Assembly (NCBI GenBank): GCA_964658305.1
Contig: OZ210885.1
Span: 6,696,001 to 6,760,000, forward strand
Origin: Leptogorgia sarmentosa
Lineage: Eukaryota
DNA length: 64,000 nt
Reading direction: 5' to 3'
Made by a program: the position numbers and the translations under genes
The notes under the pieces: generated by a model
Seen by the model: the letters and a program-made list of their open reading frames with translations, nothing else
Database searches by the model: none
What the model was told of the DNA's origin: nothing
In this document: piece after piece, positions 1 through 12,900 of the stretch
How the letters are laid out: the number at the start of each line of letters is the position of its first letter
Position numbering within the stretch: position 1 is the stretch's first letter

Positions 1-1
1 G

Positions 2-1444
2 AGAGGAGGTATTTCTGCACTCTTGAAGGATGATGAAGGAATTGATTGGCTAGTTACAGTACACTGTGCTAGCCATCGGCTTGAACTGAGCATAGCAGAT
101 GCTTTAAAATCAACAGTGTTCTCAGATATCAATGAAATGCTTCAGAATGTTTACTCCTTTTACAAACGAAGTCCGAAGAAAATGGTACAGTTGGTAGGAT
201 TAGGAGAGGCCCTGGAGATGGCAGTTTCAATGCCTGTGAAGGCAAGTGGAACTCGTTGGCTAGAGCATAAAATCAGGGCAATGAATTGGATAAGCAAGAA
301 TTATGGTCTTCTTATTTCCCATCTCAATCATCTTACAGAGGATGAATCGTTTACGAGTGCGGACAGGCAAAAATTTAAGGGAATGTATACCAAATACAGA
401 AATGCAAAGTACCCTTTGTTTGTTGAGTATTTCATTGAAATTCTTGTGCCAGCAGCAGAGTTGAGTCTTATCTTTCAGCGCGAAAAAATTGATGTAGTAG
501 AAGCAGTACGTGCAGTGAAGAAGTTTTTTCGCATCATGAACAAAGTAAGTGAGTCCAGTGAAGTTGTCTTCACTACTGGTCGTGTGAGTAATTTCTTCAG
601 TAATCTGACCAACCAAGAGGAGCAATTTATTTACAAAGATGTCAACTTGAGTCACATTGAACAGGCAAAAAACAGTCTTCAATCAGCCAATGACGACATC
701 CTCTCTACTATCATTGACTGTTTCAAAGGAAGATTTGATGATATTACTAATACTGACAATCTGTTCAATGCTCTTGTGAAGATTTTAGACACAGAAGTCT
801 ATCCAGAACAAGGACTTGATGATGCTTATGGTGAAGGTGAAGTGAAGTTGGTAATCGACAGGTTTTATGACTTACTCAGTGCAAATGGTTGTGATGTCAT
901 GAAAATTGAATGTGAGTGGGATGAGCTGAAGCAATTGGTTGTGACAACTGGATTAAAAACCATGACATATGTTGATGTCTGGGCAAAGCTTTTCAGTTCT
1001 TCAAAGAAAGAATCTCTGAGCAACATCCTACATGTTGCTGAAACTCTCCTGGTTGTTCCAATCAGTAACGCAACTCTTGAGCGTATGTTTTCAACAATGA
1101 ATCGTATCCACAGTGACTGGAGAAATTGCTTAGGAGAAAAGAGGGTTGAGAATCTGCTAAGAATTTGGGAGGAAGGGCCTGCACCAGAAAAATTTGATGC
1201 ACAACCAGTGCTTGCAAGATGGAGTGAGAAATGTGCCACACAACGAAGGCCTAATGTGAGGCCAAGTGGGTTGAGAGCATCTGGTTCTAAGACTAAAAGA
1301 AAACTGCCTGAATCTCAGGTTGTTGAAACTGTGAAGAAGCTACTTAAGGACTCAGAGTCAGATACAACAGAGCTAGATGTAGACATGTCTTCAGACAAGA
1401 CAGACACTGAGTTTGAGTCTGACTGTGAACCTGTGATCTTGTAG
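2..1444 (+). CDS. hAT-superfamily transposase (ZNF862-like), C-terminal part; 5' end lies outside the window
   Basis: Frame is open from position 2. Motifs: HCASHRLEL (CxxH), GTRW, and the hATC dimerisation region LLVVPISNATLERMFSTMNRIHSDWRNCL carrying the catalytic E. Confidence 0.9.
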   Translation, partial: RGGISALLKDDEGIDWLVTVHCASHRLELSIADALKSTVFSDINEMLQNVYSFYKRSPKKMVQLVGLGEALEMAVSMPVKASGTRWLEHKIRAMNWISKNYGLLISHLNHLTEDESFTSADRQKFKGMYTKYRNAKYPLFVEYFIEILVPAAELSLIFQREKIDVVEAVRAVKKFFRIMNKVSESSEVVFTTGRVSNFFSNLTNQEEQFIYKDVNLSHIEQAKNSLQSANDDILSTIIDCFKGRFDDITNTDNLFNALVKILDTEVYPEQGLDDAYGEGEVKLVIDRFYDLLSANGCDVMKIECEWDELKQLVVTTGLKTMTYVDVWAKLFSSSKKESLSNILHVAETLLVVPISNATLERMFSTMNRIHSDWRNCLGEKRVENLLRIWEEGPAPEKFDAQPVLARWSEKCATQRRPNVRPSGLRASGSKTKRKLPESQVVETVKKLLKDSESDTTELDVDMSSDKTDTEFESDCEPVIL

Positions 1445-1687
1445 ATGTTAGTAGTGACAGTGATGAAATCGAGAACTAATCGTCAAAATAAGTTGGTATT
1501 TAAGTTGACATTATTTAAGTTGTACATTTAGTAAAGTTAACGTTTATTACAAGTTCATTTGGTTTTGTTGACAAATATACTAGGTAACATGCTATAAACT
1601 TTTGGCAGTTCAAAAAAAAAAATGGCAGACGAAAAATTACTTGGCCTGCCAAACAAAAATTAAAATGGCAGGTCATATATTTTTTCT

Positions 1688-1700
1688 ATTTCGAGCCCTG
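1688..1700 (-). repeat. Probable right terminal inverted repeat of the hAT element
   Basis: atttcgagccctg reads CAGGGCTCGAAAT on the minus strand, a hAT-type CAGGG terminus about 250 bp after the stop codon. The partner TIR is not in the window. Confidence 0.55.
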
Positions 1701-3647
1701 ACCATGATCATCATTATTCCAACATGAAATACAATTGATTTGTTCCTGGTGGCATTATGCGGTGTGGGGCTATCCATCACCATAGCTTCACTATTCCCTT
1801 GATTTGGTTTTGCAATATTTCTCATATATTGCTCTACTTTTTCTTCTGTATCATACATGTCATCACCTAAGTCGCTTTCCCATTTATCCAGACCATCGTA
1901 CAATTGACTATGAAATTCGAGTGCAGTGTTTAAAGTCTTTGTGCAATTGTTCCATTTTCTTTTCAAATTGCCACAAATTTTTATCTTGATTTTCAATTCG
2001 CTCATTCAACCACTTTATACAACGAGTAATCTTTCCTCAAAGATTCATACGCTTTTTCTTTACGTCCCTTTGTTGAACTTCATTCCATTCTCCCTCAGGT
2101 GATTTTCAAGCAATTTTTCCAACATTTCAAAGGTAATTGGGAAGAGAACACTTGATCTGTGTTTACAGCTACTGAACACACAATGTCTACATCATAATTT
2201 TTTTATCATTATCATGATTCCTACATAGCCAGTGGTAGGACATCAAAGCAGAGCTAGACATAAAACCATTCACTCCACGCTGATTAGCTCGAAAGATGTT
2301 ATGGTAGTAGTAGGGTCGATGAGTTTGGTATATGTTTATGTTCAAGGAAAGTACAAAAAGCACTTCTGAAAGCTTTGTGCCCATGTTCAAATGGAGGCCT
2401 CATTTATTGTATCTGGGAATGCAGATACTATACTATGACCCTGTCAGCTGTTAAAGTTACCAATCGGGAACCATGCAACCAAATATTGTGTACTCTGCAA
2501 ATTAACTGAGTAACAATTTCCTTTCTTTTCAAGAACATAGGATACATCAATCATATGGTCAATTCAAAGCGCAATTTTATGTATTATGAAAGCAACCTTT
2601 AGTACTGGTCATCTTTGTTTACAAATACTTTTAATGCATTTTGCTGCTAAAGCTTATTCAGATTTCTGTACGTCAGGCAACTGCATGTGTGGGTTCCATT
2701 TTACTTAAATGGCACTCATTTATTTACAACTAACATTGGATGCATTTGTGTGTTTAAACATCATTCCATTGTTTTTTAAAAATAAAAATAACCAATTTTT
2801 GGTCGTTTAATACAACATACACAAAGCGAAAATTCGTTGTTACTGATTCAATTTATTCTGCATCAGATGTGAACGTCCGGAAAATGTTCTGAATGCACTT
2901 GATTGGCGGCATGTGATTGCATCTGTGAATACAATCAAAGTTAACGCGAGCATATTTCTGTATTTCATGAAGACATTTTATTCGATACTCATTACAAAAG
3001 CAGGCAAAGGAATATAAATGGCAGTAAACCGTAGGATAGATCTCGCGATGCACCCAAAAGCTGATTCAAAAGAGGTTCTGAATTCTGAAAAAAGGCTTTG
3101 TTTATTTTAAATTATTTACGTATACGTAATTTTCGTCGTGAATTGTCGGAAACGGACGTTAATTCGTTCGTACTCGTCTGTCGCCGTCACGCATGCGTGA
3201 TCGTGAAAATATTTACGGCAGCCATATTTATATTACCAGAACAATAATTCGGTAATCGTTGAGTAAAAGCAGTCTTATAGTGCATTAGTTCGTTTGAAAT
3301 GTTTGAATTTTGTAAGCTGAGTGTTTGTAGTATATTGGTTGTAATTTAGTGATTTTATTTAGTAATGGTAGACATTTTTTAACCTTTGTATTCAGTTCAG
3401 CATTTTTAGTACGCCATGGTTACAGGTCCGACACCGGACCTTTTAGTTCAACGGTTATGGAAGCTTAAGTCAACCTTAAAAACTAACTAATTTACTCACC
3501 AACCACAACCTTAAGGCTGTCCCTAACGTTAGAAGGTAGAAATTATTAAAATTTGAGAAGAAAGAAACAAAAAACATAGAAATTCTACTAGGAAGAATGT
3601 TTGAATTTTGTAAGCTGAGTGCTTGTAGTATATCGGTTGGCTTACCA

Positions 3648-3769
3648 GTCAAAACGGCCCCAGGTCAAAACGGCCCCAAGTCAAAACGGCCCCTAGTCAA
3701 AACGGCCCCTAGTCAAAACGGCCCCATTACTTAGTCAAAACGGCCCCATTACTTAGTCAAAACGGCCCC
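3648..3769 (+). repeat. Tandem array of gtcaaaacggcccc (7 copies, 16-22 bp period); probable terminal array of the adjacent MULE element
   Basis: Copies are directly visible, with short spacers ag/aa/ta/attactta. The array lies downstream of the minus-strand MULE gene. Confidence 0.85.
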
Positions 3770-5014
3770 ATTACTTAGGGCCCCAAGTTGAAGTTAACCC
3801 TTTACTGTACGGCATTTCCTAGAGTTTAGGCAGAGTAAAAGTGTAAAGTATTGTATGCTAAAAACGCTTCATCCGTCTATCATATCATGATTGGTCAAGG
3901 TTGATGGTTCATCATGTCTTGAACAATATTGATATCATGATTGATCAAGGTAATTTAAAAAAGACTTAAAAGACTCTGAATTTTGCATTGACAATGACAA
4001 TATCAACAATGTTTGTAAATAGTTAAAATATGCATAGTTAAATTCATTTCCAGCCGATAATTTTAAGAAGTATAAAAATAAACATACTCCGAATAAAAGA
4101 TCCATCTTGAACTCAATATTTGAGATGAAGCAATAGGAGACAATTATGATAGTGATATTTCGAATTTATTTCAAATTCATATTTAAAAATAACAAAAAAA
4201 TATAAATAAGTTTATGTTCAAACTATACCGCAGCTTCTATAGGAAGACCAGAAACTATTAATTTTGTAAATTAGTACTACTGATAGGACCACCGTTTATA
4301 AATAAATAATTATTCTATTCTATTCTATTCTACAGTTTCGCGAAAATTGTTCACTGCAAGTGGTGAATTGCAAAATTAATAGTGCTCATATATTTCTTAT
4401 ATTATCATGATACAAAAATTATAATACAAAAATACTGTGATACAAAAATTATAATACAAAAATACTGTGTATACACAGGGCCCATAAACCAGTCAAGTGT
4501 TAGTCCATGTTTGCTGCGACGAGGTGGGCACACCTGGACAACAGCCGCTTTGCGGTCAAATCCCCAGCAATATATTCAGACCAATTGGCCAATATTTTCC
4601 CCTGTACTTGTCGGTACTGTTTCCGCTGTCTTCTCTTTAATTTTTCATCTGACACCAAACGCACCTGCATGTCAACGAGTTGGGCTTGTTCGTGCAGGAG
4701 TCTCACCATCAGATACAGTGAAAGGTTTCCGCGTTTGGCATGTCGGTTGAGCATACCATGCCAACCTTCTACATCATTATTGGTCCTGACTGCTTGACCA
4801 AAGACACTCCACGTTTCTGGCGTCCACAGCTCCCCTAATCAATCACAATAGGACATGTTTGTTAATTATACTTAGTACATAGATCTGGACTGTAATACAC
4901 CTGGTATAGAGTAAAACTCACAATTAGTAACGTAAACGAACATTGGTAACATGAACCAATAGTAAATTAGCTAAAAGGAGAAATGTGGTGAACTGCCAAA
5001 AGTGTTTAGGTCGG

Positions 5015-5046
5015 CTGACGTTTCGAGCGAAAGCCCTTCATATCAG
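5015..5046 (-). ncRNA. Degenerate minimal hammerhead ribozyme motif (Penelope/retrozyme type) inside a MULE intron
   Basis: Minus strand reads CTGATATGA-A-GGGC-TTTC-GCTC-GAAA-CGTC-AG: a CUGAnGA box with 2 extra nt, stem II, GAAA, and palindromic stem III with a GUC site. It is enclosed by an imperfect inverted repeat at 4973-5010 / 5059-5096. Confidence 0.55.
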
Positions 5047-6751
5047 GGCATGTTGAGCAACCTAAACACGTTTAGTTCACCACAGTTCTACTTTTGGCGT
5101 TGTACTGCACACTGCATACGCAACACAACAGTTAATTACCTTCAATCCAGTTTGAACGAATATATGTAGCCAACTCGGTCAATAACGGTGTGGTGGCTTT
5201 GGCTGCTAGGTTCTCGAACATGGTTGGGATGTGCTCTTTTGGCAAATAAGAAAGGGCCATGAATTGCCTACACAACTTGTGTATCGCATCATCATTCTTG
5301 TAAGCTGGGGCTAGACCGATATTTTGGATTTTCCTCCAAATGCATTGTGCCCAATGGAATGAGCACCCATGGATGGATACATCTGGGAAAACCTGTGGTA
5401 TGGCTCTCCACAAAGCACTCTCGAAATCAATCACTATCTTTTGCACTTTTCTGGTATCTGTGGTGATGCGCTTGATGGCTCTGAGAACCTTCCGGTAGTC
5501 CCGTTTGCGTTTTCCTGACATCAATACAAATGCAAGTGGCACTTGCTTGGTACATTCACCACTTCGGACAAAGGAGTGGATGGAAAACAATTGTGTAAAC
5601 GGAGCTTTAACCACTTTGAAGGTTCCGTCTATGTACCACGTCTTGGATCGTGCAAGCAAGGTTACCAAGTCAAAATCAAGGTCTGTCGGCTCTGTTGGAC
5701 GTTTCTTTTGCCGGTGGCGGTTTGCAGCCCTTGCAAGGTATACAGGGTTTTTCAATGCAGGCAATGGCTCGGTTGTAGTTGCAACACCCTCTTCTAACAT
5801 GACCTGAAATGAAACTTCATGTTAAGGTGGCTCTCTAGATTTTTGAGAAAAGCACGGTTGATCTACAGAATGAAAGCATGTTAGGAATCAGAAACTTTTC
5901 ACTAAACCTTTTGACAACCAGTTATTAAAGGACAGGACGATTCCAAAAAAGACAATTCCAAAAAGGTTATCAATAAACATGGTTTCATGCATGCAACGAC
6001 TTTTTAAAGAAATTCCATGTTACTAAGGCCATATTGCATGTCAAACCATTCAATGAACTAAGTTTAGGAAGAATTCCGTCATAGTCAATAATAAATATAC
6101 ATATGCACCTTATTGACGATCTCAGCTGCTGATGTGAAAATCTCTGTGGCAGCTATCTTTTTCACAGCTGTTGAAATTCTAGCTGCTTTTGCTGCTCCAA
6201 TTTCAGCCGGATGGACATGGGATTGTGATCCACGTGTGAATGCATCACCTTTCTGATGCACAGTTGCCTTACACCATACTGTCTTGTTCCTGACGCTGCA
6301 CCTCCAAACTCGATTTCCATTCGCTCTACGTGTCTTTATTATGTAAGTGAAGCCTTCACTGTCAGCCAACTTCTCTTTCCCTTTTTGTGATCCATCCTTG
6401 ATTATCTCATATGTTGTTATGGCTGGTACATTTTCTGTCTCATAGTGTCCCGGAATGTCATCCTCGATGGACGATTCGAACACTTGTTGTGGCACCTCAA
6501 AGCTAATGTTCTCAAGCTCATTCGATACATGACTGGATGGTGGAAGGGTGGGTGTGGAGTTGGCAGTTCCAGAAAACAAAATTGGAGATTCATGACCTAT
6601 GATAATATAGAGCATTTACTTAGTATTTAACTTAACTTAACTGTTAACACTTAACTTAAGTGTAGTCGTAGGCACTTAACTTAAATTAAGTGCTTATGAA
6701 ACGAAATTTTCGCTACTCTTTTTATTGTTTTATTTGAAAGAGTTCGTGAAG

Positions 6752-6832
6752 TAACATGCAGTACTAAGTTTCTAACACTTCTAACATGCAGTACTAAGTT
6801 TCTAACACTTCTAACATGCAGTACTAAGTTTC
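6752..6832 (+). repeat. 30-bp tandem repeat (taacatgcagtactaagtttctaacacttc), about 2.7 copies, intronic
   Basis: Directly visible. Confidence 0.85.
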
Positions 6833-8375
6833 ATATACTCGCGTAACTTATCATGCACTAATATAACTTCATATACTCATACAAGTCCATATACTCACAT
6901 AACTTATCATGCACTAACATAACTTCATATACTCATATAACTTGATATACTCAAGTATTGAACATGAGCCAATAGTCATTGGCTACTAATAGTTGTGAAA
7001 TCAATCATAGACAATTGTGAAATGGTTGTGATTGGTTTGTCACTGAAATGGCATCAGCCGTGCGTCTGTGGGATGCGTGATCAAACTGTAGAAGTGGTTT
7101 TATGGGTGTTTCCTTATGATTATGGAGAGATAAAATGCCTGAAATAACCATTAAAACAAAAAAGGGAAATAATGAAAAAAAGATTGGTGAATGCAATTGA
7201 TACCTTGAGGGCCGCAGTCCATTTCTCCAGGTGCGTCAGTTTCGGAATTGCTGGCTGCCATGTCAACCAACATCATCACCAAATCTTCATCTACTTCTTG
7301 TCCGGCTGCAAGTAATCAAGTTATTAACAGTTTTGATATCATCTGGGTGTTTATTGAAAGCTGTTTCAACTATTTCTGTATGGCTATATGAATTAGAATA
7401 CTCACATTCTTCAACCAGCCTCATGCTCTCCGCGGCAGGCAACAAGAATCCCGCGCTCAAATTAAGGCAGTCTACGCAACGCCAGTCAATTTCTTCACCG
7501 CATCTTACAGCGGTTCGATATGCGATTAGTGAGATCCCACTGTTGCAGGTCCGATGTTGCCATCTTTCGCAGCAATCACATAACAGCCCCTGTTGCCGAG
7601 CTCTTACAGGCTCCTTGCAGCGAATGCAGTTATCTTCGGCAGACATCTTCAGTAAAACGGTGAATCGAACTTCTGACTGTAGCGCAGCGGTGGTGAATGT
7701 TCAAGTGAAGAAACTGTATACTTGTAACGCATTTTATACGATTGTGTTTGGCCATTGATGACAATGACTGTGCAAGAACAATGGCATGGTATCATCATTG
7801 TATCACAATAACTTATTGTGATACAGTCAATAACATCCGGATGACTCATACATGCTTCTGTTCAAGTTTTGTTTTTGATATTTTTAAATGTTTTGTCCCG
7901 AAAATATAGTAGGTCAGCAATATATCTCAAGGCAATATATCTCATACACGCGTATTTGATTGGGTAATGAATGGAAGTTGCCTATCAATCGCAAGTTTAT
8001 ATCTGGAAATTATGTGTAACCGCTATAGTCTTCATATTTTCATTTTTAATTTTTTTGGTTTTTAAAAACATTTATTCCTTCCTGTATTAAACAATTCTCT
8101 TGTGCCTAATCTTCATTAAGTTTTAGCTTTGTAAATATAAATTTTATATGGCTTATATACTTTAAAACATTTGTAATTCCTTTTTATATATGCTCTTTTA
8201 GATGAACCTTATTTTCATAACTTTCATTGTTGTAAAGTAACACGCATTCCAGCTGTATTTAGCTGCAATGTGTTTTCTCAAAATCTATCTATCTTATGGC
8301 TTTTTGAACATTTTTACAACAGCAAAATCACTTCGAGCAGATAAAGTTATCCGACTTTCGAACAACCGAACTTGC

Positions 8376-9388
8376 CAACCTCGTACCCAGGCTCTCTCCT
8401 CATAACCCCAAGGGGAGGAGAGACCCTGGTTGCGGCTGGTCACGTGACTGGCGAATAATTAGCTGCCTTAGGAGGTGACGGAAGAGTGTCATGTTACATG
8501 CTTCCAGTTGGCGTACTTTTCCTGTCGCGTTGCGCCATGCTGGACTACATTGTGTTTTTGTCTTGCTTGGAGTTTGCCGTTTTAAATAGTTTCTATGATG
8601 AGATTTTCTTAAATCCGAAGCAAGTTGTTTGCCTCGATAGCATGTATTTGCCAACGGGCTATGGCAAATCTTTGGTTTTCAATCTTCTGCTAATGTTATT
8701 GTTTACGCGAGAGGCAGAATTTGCACTGATTTGCTTGGTTGGAAGTCAAAACCTATTGCTACCGCCGCAGTTTCCTCGATTGTTATGGTTGTATCTCCAT
8801 TAAATTCGCTGAGTTTATATGCGAGTGGTATTCGGGCGGCGGTTATCGATGTTAGCAAACAAACGAGACACTCACTGCCGTAAACACTATCGGCGTTGCG
8901 TAAAATTACTCGATTCAAATCCCCTAATAAATTTTTACAATGTTTCGGATCCCCAACAGAATAACAAAGTCTGCAACGCGAGATAACCGTCGATACAGAT
9001 ATACTTTTGTAGATTTTCTTCGGCGTGCCTCCGCTAGTAGCCATCCAGGAGAACTGAATGAATATTCTTTTGAAATTTGACCTAACCCCATGCTTAAAAT
9101 GTAATTCGATGCTTCGTTTGTTCGAGGTCATGACGTTAATTATGTAATTGAATTGCAATGGTATTATATTCGATTTCTTTGAAATATTTTATGAGCGCAA
9201 CATACAATTTCATGATTTTCAATTCTGATCAGAAGATTTTCAAACACAGTACATACACGCTCCTCTACCACCCCTCCCTAAGTGTACAAATCAATTAAGC
9301 ACCCAGAATCTGGGTGCCACGTGACCAGCCGCAACCAGGGTCTCTCCTCCCCTTGGGGTTACGAGGAGAGAGCCTGGGTACGAGGTTG
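8376..9388. mobile_element. Non-autonomous AcademH-like DNA transposon with ~70-bp TIRs and a 10-bp TSD
   Basis: TIRs caacctcgtacccaggctctctcct...ggtcacgtg (8376-8446) and its reverse complement (9318-9388). Perfect TSD ccgaacttgc at 8366-8375 and 9389-9398. Internal decayed RecQ-type motif (PKQVVCL..LPTGYGKSLVF). Confidence 0.85.
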
Positions 9389-9620
9389 CCGAACTTGCAT
9401 GACTTCATCGGTTGTATTTGTATTTAAAGCAAGTGGTGACAGATAATTATATCGTTTATCATTTACTCATGCCAGAGGATGTTCCCTTGGTTATAAATAT
9501 TCTCCAAATAACCTGTAGCTTCGACTCACAAAAAAATAAAAATTCTCGGTCTAAAAAATGAAAATTCTCCCAGTCCAAGGAGGCCATGAGGTCATCCATG
9601 TCAGGTATATGACATCCCCT

Positions 9621-9792
9621 TGTAGTAAATAGTCAATATTTCACAGTCCCACACTCAATGTACAAAAAACACAACTTTTAATCGAGTACCAAATCACAGG
9701 GTTTAGACCTTAAGTCACACTCATGCACTCATGCATGTTCTTTTTTCCCCACGCGTGTCGCGTGTGCGTGCGCGGGTTGTTCGTTATCGACA
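9621..9792 (-). repeat. 3' LTR of the BEL/Pao element
   Basis: Direct repeat of 14627-14798 with 4 C/T differences seen. Confidence 0.95.
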
Positions 9793-9935
9793 CACTCCCC
9801 TGTTTGGCTACGGAGTGGCCAAACACATCCTTAACTAAAGAAACAACATCAACAATACTTAGTGTATAAATAAAGTGTGTTAGGGTTCAAATGTCATCAT
9901 TGTCCTCTTGCGCAATATCCTTCATCCGTAACACA

Positions 9936-12900
9936 TCATCGTAACGCTGCATCTCTCTTCGGCCTCGCTTCAAACTCCGGAGCAGCCGGATTTAATTTCA
10001 CTATATCTGATCGTTCTGTCGCCACTTCGCAGGTTAGCTCCATCGGATACAAAAGTTGCACCGGACGTTCCAAGATCGACTTTCCTGTGCGCACCTTTGC
10101 CCCTCGAATAACCCCGTCTCTCCCCACAATCAACTCGATTATTACTCCTGTCACCCATGCGCCTCGATTCCTTTGATCCGATTTGATAATAACAACTTCG
10201 CCCACCGCAGGTATGCCATGTCCTCCTTTCTTCTTTGCAATGTATCTTTCTCTAAGACTTCGCAGATATTCGGTGGACCATCGTTTCCAAACACTGTCCT
10301 TACATTTCTGCAAGTACTTATATCTTTTCCGCAAGTCCTTGTCCTCTACCAGGTGATGGGAAGGTTTCAGTAACTGGTTAGGTCTCAGGAACAATAACGA
10401 ATTCGGTGTCATGACCATGGACTGAATATCTTCTTCAACATACCCCAGGGGCATGTCATTCAACGTAGTTTCCACACTGAGCAAGACGGCCTCGAACTCG
10501 TTCCAGGTCAAGTGACCATGACCAATCACCTTGTAGAGGGCTGCTTTCACTAAACCGACCATTCTCTCAAACTGCCCTCCCCACCACGGGGCACGGCTCA
10601 AGTTGAACTGCCATTTTATTGCATTTCTTGCCAGGAAATCTTGCAACTGTTCGTCGTGTTGCACCCTATCTAGCCACTTGGCTGCGGCCACAAATGTCGC
10701 GCCATTGTCCGAGTAGATACGCTCAGGGCGTCCTCGTCTGGCGATGAAACGTTGAAGACTTTTAAGACAGTCCGCCATCTCCATGTTAGGAAGAAGATCG
10801 AGGTACACTCCACGAGTAAGGCTGCAAGCGTACAACAGTATGTACGCTTTGCCTTCCTTTCCTTTGGACTTTCGGTAACGCAGCGGGCCAGCATAGTCAA
10901 TTCTGATGACTTGATAGGCAGTAGATCCTTCAGTTCGGGTCGTTGGTAGGTTTGCTGGAGGAGGTGTGGCGTAGGCGATTGCGTGAAATCTCTTGCACCC
11001 GTGACAATCTTTAATAACTCGTTTGATCAATCTCCGTAACCGAGGAATCCAATGACGTTCATGGACCTTGACCATTGTCAATCCAACTCCTCCGTGAAGC
11101 GTAAGATTCATCGACTTCTTGTTGGGCGTTCCGGACTAAAAGTTCCTCTGCATTGACTAATTCAGGAGTTGTCAGAGGGCCATAAATTCTGCTCTCTTTC
11201 GAGCATCGAGTGTTTCCGTGAAATCGTAGCACCCAGGCCATTATCCTCAAAGTTTTCCAATATCTGTACTTGGAGAGTATGTTGTTGACGAGATCGTTGT
11301 CTTCGTTCGTGGCCAAGGCGAACAGCTGCTTCGTCAACTTTACTTTGGCCCTGGATTCTACACAGTCCGTTGTCCTTTGATCCGGTGGCCATTCCTCGGG
11401 TTTGCTCAGCCAGTGGGGAACCTTCCACCGCGCCTGGTTCTCTTCGTCTATCAACCCGCCACGATGTCAGCCGGGTTCTCTTTGCTGGGTACATATCTCC
11501 TTATCACACCTTCATGCTCAAGGATTTTGTTGATACGGTTTGCCACGAACATTTTGTACTCCCCTTCCCCTCGTATCCAGTGTAATGCGACACTGCTGTC
11601 CAGCCAACCCATGAGAGATGTTACAGGAAATCCTTCCAAGGCCCTTTGCACATTGTCGAGTAAGTTTACCGCCATGTGCGCCGAGACCAGCTCCTTCCTC
11701 GGGATTGTAAGCCCTTGCTTCGCAAGACGTGCTTTCGCGCAAACCAGACCTTGATTCACATTGGTTTCCTGAGTGACTACAGCATACACAGCAGCACCAA
11801 CCCCATGACCACTCGCGTCGCTGAACGTGTGTAGTTTTATGTCCTGGATGGGTTCTTGAGCCAGTGGTATAGATCTTGGAGCCTTTACTTGAGGAGGAAG
11901 ACGGCCTTCCCACTTTTGCCACCGTTTGGCCAACTCGTCGGGTAGAGCTGCATCCCACTTGCACCTTTGCTCGCACGCCTCTCGATATAGCAGTTTGCCT
12001 TGGAGGACAGTTGGTGCGATGAGGCCGAGTGGATCATAGATTCGCGCTATCTTACCAAGAATAGCTCTTTTGGTGGGCACTTCTTTCTCTGGGGGAATTG
12101 TCACTCCGATCGTGTCTGCTCGTTTGTCCCACTTCAGCCCAAGGAGGTTGCCTGCTTCAAATTTGTTACCCAATTGTTGTTTCGCAAAGCTGAAATGATG
12201 CTCGATGCTCTGAGCGAATACGCACTTGAAGAAATGCCTTGCGAATGTCTCCATTGAGTGCAACTGGGTGAAACCGTCCTCGAACAAGCACTTTAAACAG
12301 CTGATTTTGTAAGGGTGCTCCAGTGTTCAAGCAATCATTTAGGGAAGGTTGGGACCCCGTTTTTGAAGAGGCATCGTAAACAATCCTCAATTTCGTTGTT
12401 TCGGCCGATTCTCTGATGACAGGATGGTGAGGTAAATAAAACACAGTTCCGCTCGGTGGTTCCGGCGCAGGTTCGACCATTCCTTCTCTGAGTTGCTCTT
12501 GAATGACGTCATCGTATTCGTCAAATCAGTTAAGTTTCTTTAGACGCTGCACTAAGTTCCCTAACCGTTTCAGTCTGTTTGCTTCGTTCGAAGGTAGGGG
12601 TGGATGACCTCCCTTCCAAGGAAGGCCAGACTCGTACCAACCTTCTTCTGGGTCACGTTGAAGCTGTTCCAGGAACTCTTCATGTACCACTTTCTGGTCT
12701 CCCACAGGAGTGTCCTGGAGACCAAGAACGTCCATACGACAAAGCTCCTCATAATCTGATTGGGCTGTTTGGGCGAGAAACATGTTATCCAAATTGGTCT
12801 CGACACCCGGGGACATGATCGTCCATCCGAACTGAGTGTATTCTGCCACAGGGTCTCCAACTGGACCTGTTCGTTGAGGTTCACTAGTCTTGATCTTCGA

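Larger units (their letters stand above)
4500..7646 (-). pseudogene. Spliced Mutator-like (MULE) transposase: PHD finger + FLYWCH + MULE DDE domain
   Basis: PHD exon 7287-7646 (CIRC..CDCCERWQHRTC..WRCVDC). FLYWCH exon about 6109-6570 (GFTY..WRC..CKA..HVH). MULE exon about 5139-5803 (WYIDGTFK, IVIDFE, GCSFHWAQ). Last exon about 4500-4835 (TWSVFGQAVRTNNDVEGWH). GT donors near 6108 and 5138; AG acceptors near 5805 and 4836. Confidence 0.88.

Noticed and set aside
3648..3769. CRISPR-like array
   Set aside because: Repeats are 14 bp with 2-8 bp non-unique spacers, there are no cas genes, and the context is eukaryotic.
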